Assembly (NCBI GenBank): GCA_030141605.1 | Contig: JAQGDQ010000006.1 | Span: 124,001-188,000, forward strand | From: Tubiluchus corallicola | Taxonomy: Eukaryota; Animalia; Priapulida | Length of the DNA stretch: 64,000 bases | Direction of reading: 5' to 3' | Shown: positions 50,666-64,000 of the stretch, piece by piece | Layout: each line of letters opens with the position of its first letter | Position numbering within the stretch: the first letter of the stretch is position 1 | Notes under the pieces: generated by a model | Databases searched by the model: none | Told to the model about the DNA's origin: nothing | The model's input: the letters and a program-made list of their open reading frames with translations, nothing else | Translations under genes and position numbers: made by a program

Positions 50666-53600
50666 ATCCTAGCTTTGTAGAGATATCTTCTATCTACACT
50701 CGTGTGTGTACGTAGATGCAATGACAAAAGCTAGCGGCTTCCATGGCACAACAGAGAGACACACTGCTGCTGGCAGAATTCGGCAGCGGGACTGCACCAA
50801 GCAACTCTGATTTGAGACGTCATCAGCACGCAATGTATTTACAAGAAGATTGAGGACACGTACCTCGAAAACATGGTGCGCACCTGGAAGAATGGCTGCT
50901 GCAAACTAATGTACAAAACCAGAACCAGAAAGTACATTACTTTATATGTGAAGGCCTCTGTTTACAAGTATAAAATAAGGAGTGTAGGACCTATGCGTTA
51001 AAATTACAAGTACTACATCTAAAACAGATAGATTTTCTTAACATAAGCAATATGCCCTAAGTTATACTTACGATTATACGTTAGCAAGACACTACTCGCA
51101 TCTCTCAGAGTCTTCACTCTTAACGCAATAATCATTTCCGGGATCTTACAGTCATATCAGAAAAACGGTAGTGAAGTATTTCACTTTTAGCAAAAAAGAA
51201 GTTATTTCTTCAGTTGCTGGCTGCCAAAATTCAGGAAAAAGGAAATGTAAAAGACAAATCGTTGTTTTTAAAACATTGGAAAATAATGTGAACTATAAAC
51301 AGGCAAGATTATCTAAGATTAACCAGATTTTTTGCAAACTCTTTTTTCTGATATGAGAAAAATTATTCTGATATGATATGTAGAAAAATTGAGAAAAATT
51401 AAGGTTTTTGCACGTTTTTGCGTGGACTTGCCATCTATAATTATAAATAACTTTTCAAAAGACTTGACGTTATAATTTTTAGGGGAAAAATTTACGAATG
51501 CACAACGGTCCAAACATCATCTTCGCTTTAACCAATACCTAACCAGTTATGCCATAATTTTTAAACGAATGGCAGCTACAACCTACACCGCGCCTGAAAA
51601 TTTCTATACAGTGGTAGTATAAATTAATTTTATGTTTTACAGACAGTTTTTGCACATTTCTTTGCTATATTTTTCTAAGTTTAAATAATAATAATAGTAA
51701 AACAGCCCTACCATTCTAATGAACTTTCCTTTAATGCGGGTTTAATAGCAAGTACACATTAACGCGGTTATGGTGACAACGCATCATAGATCATCCACGC
51801 AGCGGATACAAAATGATAATCCGTGTCACTTTTACAAAACAGGCACGCAAATTTCAAAGCTTGTTTTGCGGCCCACCATTTGGTTTGTGCATTTTCATAC
51901 AGTGACTGATTTAACTTACTTGTAAAATTATGTTTTTGGTAGTACATAATGCACCACCTCAATGTTTTTATGAGAACATTTCACCATATCACTAAAGCTA
52001 ACTTGGTTATTTGCTATCAAGACATACGTATAATGTCCTACACACTTCTCCCTAGTGTGTTTTAGCTAAGGCAACAACAAAATTGGCCTAGCACATTGGG
52101 AAACTGGCATAGTGCTTACATGAAGTTAGTAGAATGGATCAGAAGTTTCTTCGAATGTTACTTGAGTTCTTTACCTAACTGGCCAGCAACAATGTCAAGA
52201 TATCACTGTAACAGGTTATGTAACTCACATGTAGTATCATTAAGCAGACTACTAACTGTCAAGACTTATTACAGTTGAACAGAACTATTAAGAAACAACT
52301 GTCCTGTGCATATTATAAATAAAAACTTGTGGCTGGATAAATAAGCCAATCATGCCTCACGGTTGGTTGACAACGCAGTGACGAAAGCACTGGCAGCCAG
52401 ACTAGTTAGCAATGAAGCCATACACCAGGTCAGGAAGTAAGAGTTAGCAGCTTACTTCAGCACTGGCTTCCAATCCTGGCAAAACAAACTACCTACGCTT
52501 TTCGCCGCAGCTTAGTAAACGCTGTCCTAGCGGCATATGATACAGCGCTCAACATTCTATATATGGCTGCCGGCTGCAACCCAATACACTGTGCTGGTGC
52601 ATACTGGGGGTACCAGCGCAATTTGGCTTCTCTCGCGGGCCAAAACTTGAAGAACAAAACTAACACAATAATGATGTCTTAACAACTGAACTTGCACTCA
52701 TGAGGAAACGTTAATAAGTGACCATTTAGCATAACATCACTGACAATGAGCCTGAGTTCTGGCTTCTTGACCCCTTTTATTTCTGACTTTTATAAATGAT
52801 TAAACAGTTGGACTCAAATCACACGTAGGCTCATTTGTAGATAGATGACACTGGCACTAGATACGTTATTAAGAACTTATATGATCCTATTTTTATTCTA
52901 TAGCAATACTGAAATGTGGGTTAGTACTATTTAATCCAACGGAACTAAGTTTGTAAATTTTAATTTTCAGTAATTTAGCAAGGTGTTAGTGAAAAGTGAA
53001 CACAGTGTAAAACTTTTAGTCCACCAAAAAATGTCATTACAAGCCAAGTTCTTCAATCTACGTCAGCCTCCTCATAAACATCATCATTAGTAGCAGCAAA
53101 GGCAGCAACAAAAACTAAACCAGCATTAAAACTGCAACAGAAGCATCAGCCAGTTAACAGTGAGTGAACAAGAATATACCCTACCAACAGCCTACCCTAC
53201 AGGTTGAAAACTGTGAAAGACTATTTACTGGTCTGCATAGATCTCATGGCTTTCCTATTCAAAAATATGCAAAGTCAAAACATAGACAACAGTAAATAAT
53301 TTTTTGTAGTTTGAAACATCTCCAATAAGAATCAGGCTAACCAGTCGACACTTGGCTGAATCCAAGGCATAACAGTAAGGATTGTGTGGCCAGTGTAAAT
53401 ACACAAGAAAAGCTAACAAGGCCAGTAAAGAATGTTTGAACTATTATGGGAATATGGGTGTCACAAGCTAGTGCACAAGAAAAAGAAGTTTGAAGGCTTT
53501 GTGCCTTATCATATGTAACAAAATACAAAATAATATCATTATGCATTTTCTTCCGAATTTCTCCATAATCAATTGCAGATTGATTTACTTGTGAGCTGGT

Positions 53601-56600
53601 GCATGGTAAGCTAACAGTTTAGTGGTAAAAGATTTTTCCTAGTACCTTCAGAGGAAATTTATATGTTGATCGTAGGCAATCAAGTGCCTGAGAAAACTGG
53701 CCAGCCTAGATGTAATACCATTAGTACTAGAAACTTTGTCTAGAGACTTAACGTGCTCATGTAAAATGCTCATAATTAATTATGTATTTAATAGTGGTAT
53801 TTCAGAATATCACTAACTAAATTGCAAAAAAGTAGGCCTAAAATTAGAGAGAGATTTATTTGGATTTTATGATCCATCCTAAGTACACAAAGTGGATTAG
53901 GTCTAACAAATAAATCATAACATGAATCCAGCCACGTTGACCCTTGATGTTGCATTTCCAGCTTATTATTTGTTTCTGTATATAACTCCTCATTCTTAGA
54001 TGAACAAAAACAGTCTATAATTTCAAAAATAATAATTATACCATATTGTTTTGTTTAAAATTGCTCATCAAAGTAATGAAATGCTGCTTTGGTTTGGAAA
54101 ATTGAATGTCATACAAGATGTTGTATATTCGAGTTTGGGAATAGAAAATACAGCAAACAAGTAGCTTATCTCTGACAAAGACCTTGTTTTGAACAATTTA
54201 GCGTAATCTATCGAGCACAGTGAGCAGCAACACTGAAAAACACGAATTTCTAAGAAATTCCAGCTGTGATGGTTTTTGCAGTGTTGTACAGTGCTAACGA
54301 GCGCAGACAAAACTTCAGACTTGCTTGTTTAAATAGCAGAAGAAGCGGTTGCCAAATACTCTGAGGAAAAATTGGGTAGCAAGGCTTGTCATTAATTTAT
54401 GGATTGAACTAAGTGAATTACATTAAAACACAGCAATTAATAATGTTAAACATAATACTGTAATAAAAAGCCCAGCAAAAAAGCAAGTAAAACTTGAAGT
54501 ACCAAAGTGCAATCTAAAGTCTTTAGATTCAAAGGCTGAAACAGACCAACATTCAATATCTTGATACATTTGCACAAGTCGCTTTTAAAGCCACGCATTA
54601 CTTAAACACTACAGGCTTGCCAAACGTTTTCTTTTGAAAATGTTCGTTTTTTCAACAAAAGTGTGAATACCAACACTTACAAAAACATAGTTTTTGCAAA
54701 AAATTTGTAAACATAAAATGTTTGAAAATTAGTTAATTTAAAGATATTCTGTACTCAAGAAAGGTTTTAAAAATGCCACTGTTGTACACTTCGACAGACG
54801 CTGCATAAACTAATTTACAAAAGTGGAAAGTGATTTTCAATGGAGTGCTATGATTGCATAACATTACTCTCCACTTCTTAAAGAAGAGCCCAATATCTGT
54901 AGACTCTGATAATATACCTCTAATAATATCATAACAGCAGGATTATTCAAGAAAACCTTTCATGATAACTTGGGAAATTTACTAGTTTTTTTAAATTTTA
55001 AAACCTTGTTTAGCATATAACTTGGATTAGCATATTACTGTGCACAGAATAATGTCATACATGCTGCCAAATGAACATGAAATGTCTTTACATGCATTTC
55101 CGTCTCAAGTAAAGGGTATTTTAGGGTGCTAGAAAACACGTGGACAACTATGACAAGCTATGGCTTCGTCTCGATTTTGTAACAGCCAATGTACAAAATT
55201 AAAGACCTGAGTTAACACTATAAATATAAAGTCTGTTCAGGTCACCAGCCAGCTTTGCTGAATCTGCACACTATGTACATAGTTTATTTTCAAATTAAAT
55301 TAAGAACTGAAAACTAATTAAGAAATGAACAGAAGTGATCATTGTTTGAGACAGGCGAGAAAACCCTGTAGTGAATGGAAATCCAGTGTTCTGGTTCACC
55401 TAGGCACAACAGTAATTTTTCATTCACATACTACAGTGTAAATATTTACCGTTTGCTAGTTAAATAATTCCAAATGCCTGCAGTAGTGACATCTGTTATC
55501 AGTTTTTCCACTGTTTTACAAATGAGAGGTTTTGCTGAAATTCCACAGCTGCAACGCAATCATGGTGAGATGACCAGCTTGTTTCGGAATGTCAATAAAA
55601 TAATTGCCAGCAATGGCATTCACTAAACCACTTTGCCTAGTATATTCATAGTGTATTCCTTTATAATTATCACTGAAACTGATTCTATTTTGCTACTATA
55701 TTTGAAAACTTGATAACTGAACTTAATATTGATTGTCACTTTTTAAAATGTGAAATATGTTAAGAAGGGCTTTTTTCGCATAATATGGAGTTATTTGGCA
55801 GTCATGCCTTATCACTTAGGCATGTGCTTAAAAATCTACATAAACAGATGTGCAGATTATATCTCTTTTTAGAAAAGTTGATACTTAGATAGTTAGTTGA
55901 TACTTACTGACTAATATTCATATATTATTAGATAGTTAGTTGATAGTTATTGGCCAATACTCATAAAAGTATTACATGCCTTAGGTTTGTTTGCATTAGT
56001 TTACTAACATAAAATAAAAATACACAGACCCTGCTGAAACAACCTATTGAACTTTTCACCAATATTACATTAAATTCATATTAATAACCAAAGTCAACAA
56101 CAATTAAGAAAAACCTAAGATGGAGAAAATGTGACTTACCTATTTAGCATTCTGTATTTATTGAGTTAACCATGCGACTGCACCACACTCCTTTCAACAG
56201 CACACTAAACAGCTAAATTACAAACAGGTTGCAGGAAATTGCCTATCATGAAGCCTTGAGGATGATGATGATGGTTCCAGGGCTTGTGGGCTGCAGCAGC
56301 TTGCTAATGTAACTAAGCAAAAACAAGGTTAAATTTATGTACAGGATAACAAACTGGACCATGACATGATTGTTTATCTGCATCCGTGAATGCTCTATAC
56401 AGAAGCGAAACATCAGATATACAAATATTGTGGTATTCCACCAACAAATTGGATTGCAAACATATCAGTGTCTGAAGGTCATTTCTGAGCTGGTCTCCAC
56501 GGCAAACCAGCTGGAGGATCAACCAGGATAAATTTCAAAAATTCTTGCACAAAAGTCTCTTGGTTCAAAGGCTCTTAGAGCTAAAGCTTTACAAATTAAT

Positions 56601-59600
56601 TTTCCAAAATAAAACACATACATTTTACAACACATATCTTACCGTTTACTAATTTTGTAAGGAAGCTGCGTACATCCGGCTTCCGCATAAAGTAGCTATT
56701 TCACATTATGTCTTACACTTATTCCTAAACAAAACATATAAACATAAAAAGTGTACCTTTTGTGTTCAATCTCTTTGAGCATTGAAATGTTAATCGGTAG
56801 TTTGTTATTTTGAAATTTTGAAGACTACTCTAAAAGAATTTAGACTTATTCTGACTTTTTGGCCAATAAAATAGCATAACATTACAAAGACTTTGTCAAT
56901 ACAAATATCAGTACATTGCTATGCAAATTGTTCAATGGAATCAATATTTTTTGAAGTTGACAATTTTTTGAAGTCCACCCAAAGCTTAAATAAGAGCAGC
57001 TAACACTAGAATTGAAAAATTCTTTTTTGCTTTTAATTGGATACAATTTCTGAATTCCATATGAGTACTGCAGTTACATATATATATATGAGCACTTATA
57101 TAAATCACTAATCTAACAGTGTGATTAGGTTTTAATCGGCTTAGACATTCCTCTCACTTTATGCACTATATTTCATCTCAAGATTATTTCAAGAGCCTAT
57201 GTCTGTGCTAGTCATGAAATAATTGTGAAAAGGACTGCAAATAAAACAGACATTACGCCAACAAATGTTAAAGCAAAATTGTCCTTAATAAGTTAATATT
57301 TCAATTAATGGCTGATCAATGCAGCCAGAGCCAGCAGGTTTTGATATATTCAGCTGCACAAAGTTTTTCATTTATTTTCATTAACTGAACCACTCTACAT
57401 TAATTAAGAGGAATTAGGAGGCAAAAAAGTAGTACAATTAGTTTATTTTATCATTTGGCGCACTGCTCACAACATAGATGATCAAAATTATTCTTAGGAA
57501 GCTAAGACACATACATGTATTAATTTTTCAAGTAGGCATATTTGAATTTTGAGGAGCCAAGACATTATCATCAAAATTGAACATGTGGTTTTTTCCCATA
57601 AATCCATGCCACAGCTGTTCCAGTATAATGTAAACACGACGTACAATTTTCATTTGGGCTGCAGTAATATTTCTAGATTTTTAGGCCAAGTTGAAGAAAT
57701 AAGACTAATGGAATTACGAACTTGCAAGCTCTGACGTCATAGCCTGGTATCAGGTAGTTTATCACTGGCAGTGTGATGTACAAGTTGTTACATCTGCAAA
57801 CTTCAACCACACAATGTTTACTTAAATTTAGACAGATCATGATGTAAACAAATCACATATCAGTCTTTTACTGTGGAAAAGTTTTGGGCGGAAAGTTTGT
57901 AAATACAGATTTTACCCAGAGTGCAGAAAACCTAGCAAGTCTAGAGAGGCAGAAGACTAAGCCATGTCCACATTTTTGTAATGCAAGTAATGACTGATGT
58001 TTCTTGACACAAAACACAGAATCAATTGTAATCACTGTAAGATAATAGCTACAGTTTTAAATTGTGCTCAGACAGGCATGTTTTTGTAACTTTTAAGAAA
58101 CAGTACATTTTTTGAGGGGAATTTAAGTTAGTTTTGCAAATGTGAAAAATTGTGCATTTTTGAGTTTATAGCAAAATATTTAATATGTCTGTAGACAAAG
58201 AAGAATTATGAATTCAACTGGCTTTCTTAAAATAATTATGTTTTTGGTCAATCCAAACCACTCAAAGTACTGTTCAAAGCACTAACAGTTTGAGAAATTT
58301 TTTGGTAGAAAATTTCAACCTAGCAACACTGATTTTTTTCTATTTTAGCAATTTTGTTATAAATTCTTGTCACTTGTGAAAATTGTAGTTACTTGATTTG
58401 TGAGAAGTAAAAGCTAAATGAAAGGAATTTACGAAATTAATCCTTAGAAATTTACAACACAAATTAAGTCAAAATTTCGAGTCTACATCTTTGAAACCTA
58501 TAAAATGGAGTCTATGTCACAAGAAAAATCAATTTCATCGAAATAATATTACATAAGATATTGCGTGAAAGGAAGAATGGCCCAAAGAACTTACATTAAT
58601 ATTTCATATTATAGTTTATAATAAGTTCTGTCTGCATCAAGATTATTAATACTTCCATATCCTTCCCCTTTCCCTAATTTTATCAGTAATCAATGCACTA
58701 AAAAGTTTTACAATTATAAATAATTTAAATGACCTGAAAGCAGCTAAACTATAAGTTTGGCCCTTATCCCAATTAAATGAGGAAGCCAACCTATTTCCAA
58801 TGCCCAGCTTAAAGGTCATATTATATAGGAAGAGAGCTGCTGGTCAAATAAATTTACACAGTAATAAAAACGGCACATTAGTCCTACATATTGGTCCCAT
58901 TAGCAGGTTAGTTTATAGAGCCATGCAGATGCCAACATGGCAAACAGATGTGACTTCATAAATTGTCTATCAACCTAAAATTATTTTGGAGACCTATTTT
59001 AGACACACCCTGCATAAAATCTGTAATTTTATAAGTGTTTTTTTTCAGAAAGTGCTTGGTTATTTTTCAAAAGCAAATCAATTCATGAGACTTCAAGTAA
59101 AACTGATAGTATTTATAGGAATCGTTCCTCTTTACATTGCTGAAAAGTACGATAAAATTCCATATTGCTTAAGTGGAAGGGTGAAAAAGTTGTTCCTGTG
59201 TTTTAATTACTTCAGAAAATAACCAACAGAAGCAGTATGATGGCAAAAATTGAATGTGAGCAGAAGTTTACATAAATTTGCCATATTTTTCTACATGTGC
59301 AAGATGCCAGCAAATACTTTTTAGTCAAAATCAATGAGATGCGCATGCAAGAAATTAACTGTAACAGCTAGTAGGCATCGCAACATGCTGAAGGGTAAAT
59401 AAGAAACATGTGCTAAGAGTTGCCAGTCTTGCTAGATAACCTAACAAGAAAACCAGGCCATTTAGCCTAGTTTATATTGCAAGTAGCAAAGTGATTATAT
59501 TAAATACAACGAGTCACTATTAATGGATTGATGGTGAGGTAATGCAGATGAGAGTAGAATGGTATATGTTTGAGCCAAACATTGAGCTCTCACCAGACAC

Positions 59601-61357
59601 AACATTACCTATTGCCATTAAAAGCATGACAGTGTTTAAATTCAAAATTTGCTTAGGAATAAAATTCCTCTAAAGCAAAACACGGATTTGGTAAGACCAG
59701 AATTGACATGACTGCATCAGTTAAGGAATCAGATAAATGGAAACTGATAAATGTACAACTTTTCCAGTGATTTTCTTGTTTTTTAAGAAAGTTTATGCAA
59801 AAACCTGTTTATCAGTATAAAAAGCTGTTCAGAATCAATTTAATTAAGCTGGCTGCAATGCCATATGATATTAAAATAGCCAACGACTTTATTTGGCACA
59901 CTTAGCATTTTAAACCTTCTTCAGAATACAGCAGGTGGCAGCACTAAGCAATAATTACAAACTGACACAATTTGCAATAAATTCTAACTTCCAAAAGTTA
60001 AATTCCTAAGATCCTTCAATGAGATCTAGGGCAAATCGCCAGCAATTACCGTCCATTCATCCATGCATTTACCACATCTGGTGGTACAAGTAATTTTCAA
60101 AATAAAGTTTTGCTAGTTTTAGAAGTTAATTTATCTGATTTTTTCATTAGAATTTTATCTTATCTTAATGGTGAAACTTTTTCAGCTCTAATGAAATGAT
60201 TAAGCTTCCTTTGAGTTGTACTTTGCTTCTGAAAACACCTGTACAACAGCATGAACTTAACTGCTATCATATAACTTTATTGTTGAAATAAAGGTTTTCA
60301 TTAAATATTATTGCAGTCTAATATATATAATATTTGAGCTAAAAGAAATAATTGCAAGTACTATTCCACTCAACTACTTAAAGGCAAAACTTCTTTTAAT
60401 CCAATAACAATATTTGTACATGCTTTTTTATAAACAACATTAGCAAAAAGTCTACTCAACTAACCACTGTTAAATTTACAATCTAAGTTTCAGAGTAAAA
60501 TTAAATTATAATTTATTTATTGCTGTTTCTTTTTGTGCACTGGATGTAACATAATATTATTTGTTGACAGTGAATAACACAAAAACGTACGTCTTCACAT
60601 ACGTTTCATTAAAAATTGCTAATATGCTCAAGGAGTAAAGCCATGGCATTTGCCAAATTGAAGTGTCAAGAAATGTTCAGTGACTAAAATGTTGTGATCT
60701 ATGTGACTTTAAATTTCAAGTATATCTTTAATTACATAAAAATATGTTTGACTGGCGTCAATACAATTTTTTTTCAAAATAAAAGTTATTTTGGAATTCA
60801 AATATTTGTGTTGCAAACAAGCAAACAAGATTCTTTAACACTTCACTAAGCAAATATCAAAAATTTTATTCATTGGAGAATTATTATGCGTGGTACAACA
60901 CAGTTGGATATTAACCACAGCACAACAGCTATTAAGATTAATTTTTTAAAACATTGTCACATTAAATTTATGAAACTAATTTTTCCAGCTTACATACACG
61001 AAACTGGATTATTCGATTAAATTCTTGCTGAACTTTAGCACAACAAAAGTATATTTTTTATACTTTTCGATTGTAAGTCTTATGATATACGTATCAAAAC
61101 TTGTTTTTGAATGGAATTTAATTTCATCTGTATGATTTAGAGATAGATTAAGAAATTTTATCTATTATTGAACATCACACTTACACTTTTCTCCAAAACT
61201 CAGCCATGTGGACTGGAAACAATTTTCCAGCTGTGACAATGAATCAGTAAGAGATGAACATAAAATGTTCAATTTATTTGCATCCAGCACATTAGCATCT
61301 AACCTCGAATAGCCATGAAAAACTGAAATAAAATAACGAAAAAATTAACTATGTTAA

Positions 61358-61890
61358 AGGAAGACCGGACGATTGTTTAGACTCATTTTAATTTACTGTC
61401 CAAAATAACCATTTTCTTGCCTATAAAAGTTAGCATTTGTTTCTAATATTTAAATACCTTGGAAAGTTAATTAACGACAACCGAACACAGTTATCGCTTA
61501 CATCACAAACTAAAGATAGTTTGTGCAATGGTAGGCATCTTCCCTGCGCATCAAGCACATTTGCTTAAGTGAAGATTGCTATAAGGTGCTGATGTCACAA
61601 AAATAAGCTCTATGTCACACCGACATTCACAGACGAACACAGCAGTTCATGATCATGCTTATCACGGTAACATGCCTATTTGTCGGCTATGTGAATGTGA
61701 CAAAAATGCGCCATTGCTAGTTTTAGTGGATTCGCTGACCCATTAGCTTTAAAAGTTTAATAAAATTTAACAATCCAAGGTAATTATTATTGAATCTAAG
61801 CTTTGATTTAAAAAAAGCTGTTGTAGTTTTCAATATTTTAGAGCATGCTTTATTTTCAACTAATGTCTGCACAATCGTCCGGTTTTTCTT
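61358..61890. mobile_element. Kolobok-like MITE (TTAA target), copy 2
   Basis: TTAA|aggaagaccggacgattgt ... acaatcgtccggtttttctt|TTAA; colinear with 17856-18300 but with extra internal sequence. Confidence 0.85.
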
Positions 61891-64000
61891 TTAAACATTT
61901 TGTAATAAACAATATTATGGATTTGTTGTTCAGACATAGAGGCAAAAAAGTTTATTAAATCTTATGTATGAAATAATAATTTCATATTATTGTAATTTCA
62001 GTTTAGCCAAGATCCTTAAGGTACCATATGTCTGATTTAAAATTCCTTCCATTTTTTACAGACCTCCGCGTAAGTGACAGTAAGTTTTGGATAACTTTGC
62101 CTAATTTCTTATTAGCTAGTCTAAGTTTTGTCAACATTTGTTTTAGAGGTGGTTATGAAGCCAGACAAAATTTACTGTAGCAGCTTTATTTTTTTCATCG
62201 ATGACCTATTTAAAAGAAACGACATAATGATAATACTAAAAACTTACAAACTTGGATCATTACATCAGCCTTTGCTATAACAGTATTGCTAACTTGAAGC
62301 TAAAGTTCTAACTTCAAATTTGAAACTAAAAAGTCATTACTTATTACAGTTAGAAAACCAATGCTTCTCTGTGATTTGGGAGTTTATATCTCACTCACTC
62401 ATGTCTGATGAACATAATTCACTTGCAATTACGAACATTAACATTGATTTCATCAGAAAGTCAAATGTTGTGAAGCCTGCGTTAATGCGCCTCGGTACAA
62501 AGCTTGTTTTCCACCCGTTAATAAAATATACTGTGCAGAGACGATACTGATGTCAACTGTGATGACAGGTCTAGCTTATAACAATACCGTAACACCAGAG
62601 ATTTGACTAACATCTTCCAGGTTATGAATGGCAGCACTAGTTTGTATAATGTATTTTACTGGATCATGGGAGAAAGTTGTGTGTGCAGTGTTCTGGTACG
62701 AATATAAGAAAGGATTTCTTCACTTCTTTACCAAGTGTGTTATTCATAAATGAGCTGCTTAGGCAATGATATTGTTAGCATCTAAACTATGCATGCGCAC
62801 ACGCGAAAAAGAAGACCAAATTAAAGACAAGACTTAGTGTACACACCATTCAAATTTTGCTGTTCTTATACTTAAGGAATTAACGATTAAATATCCGAGA
62901 TTCAGTTTTAGGGGAACACAGAGAATGGCTGCTAACCGCATTTTTCCATACTGGTAGAAGTACCCTTACAAATTTTGAAACAAGAATTTTTCAAACTTAC
63001 TTCCAATCACACCAGCACAGGACAGGAGCGCATCATAACGAAGGCAAGTTATACTTATACGTCTGTCCTCATCTTAACCAACCCCTCAGTATTTCGGCTG
63101 ACTTGGCTAATCGCTATTAAATATTTCTAGTTAATGAATTCAATGAAATTAAATTTTAAAAATTGATGAATCGCAAACGCCAATCAACGTTTAAAGACGT
63201 GATGATCTACATGTAGCAGCGGTGCTGTCATCTATAGTGAAGGCGTTAAAAATATGATTTCCCTGCGGGCGAACGTCTAACATCAAAGCCAAGTGTCAAT
63301 TGATGTCAACCGATAAAGTACTATAAATTAAACACTAAATGATATTATAATAGTTATTGCATGATGATTATAATAGTGTATACATATTCCATTGATGGTA
63401 GTGAATATAAAAGGTGACTTTTCTAGTTTACAAAACACCCTCAATAACTGGCCAATACACTGTGGCGTAGCCATGTAATCTTATGTTAGTAGTAGAGTAG
63501 TAGTAGTGCTAAAATCCTTTATTTGACATATAAAATACGAATGCTAATAACAATAAACATTGTGGAAACATCTACCAATGTCAATAAAATATTCTCTGTT
63601 AAAGGCATTGCATTGAATTATATTACTTTAGTTGCATTACTACACTACAGTTTAAACGGGAAAATAAAACAAAACGGCGAATTTAAATCGACCACATGTA
63701 CACAATCACAATTATGACATTAGAAAAAAATGTAAAGTAGATGCAAAAAATACAAATATAAAATTTGGAAAAAATGCAACTTAAGTTGATAAATATTTTT
63801 AGAGTTACTTCAATCCATTTGAGATAACAAGCTGAAAAAAGGTGTGACGGAGAGTGTGAATGACTGACTAATTTAATTTTTTCTAAGACCCCAGATGACG
63901 CGAAGAAATTAAATAATCATGAATATTATGAGCTCTAGCTTTAATATGGCACGGACTTTGTGTGAAAAATGTCGCTATCTTGCGTAATGCAATATTGCAA

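Noticed and set aside
31253-60064. Tiny ATG-to-GT phase-0 segments (ML at 31253-31258; MDEWT at 60050-60064) as more first exons
   Set aside because: Segments this short are expected by chance in 36 kb.
1-64000. Novel multi-gene system, CRISPR array, operon or RNA gene
   Set aside because: The sequence is explained by one intron-rich eukaryotic gene plus transposon debris. The repeats are tandem or inverted with no repeat-spacer pattern, and I recognised no tRNA or rRNA.

Overview
This is AT-rich eukaryotic (invertebrate-like metazoan) genomic DNA, not prokaryotic. It is dominated by one multi-exon gene on the minus strand: an ARHGAP21/ARHGAP23-family Rho GTPase-activating protein (PDZ - long disordered linker - PH/Arf-binding - RhoGAP; family of Drosophila RhoGAP19D and C. 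elegans PAC-1). I traced 20 core GT-AG exons by hand from 27408 down to 74, plus a phase-symmetric cassette exon. All junction phases are consistent (about 5.0-5.2 kb of CDS), and the gene probably continues beyond the left edge. The 36 kb upstream (27.4-64 kb) looks like long 5' introns, with two candidate in-frame alternative first coding exons (34747-34818 and 50567-50665). The introns carry many non-autonomous DNA transposons (pogo/Tigger-, Kolobok-, Harbinger-, Helitron/Helentron- and foldback-like), including a three-level nested cluster at 42.0-48.4 kb, and several small tandem duplications. I found no RNA genes, no CRISPR array and no evidence of a new multi-gene system. The most interesting signals are isoform-level: a hidden alternative terminal exon that would end the GAP in a class I PDZ-binding motif (-DTAL), a TGCATG-flanked cassette exon, in-frame alternative donors and alternative N-termini. 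All isoform calls are sequence-only predictions that need RNA evidence.
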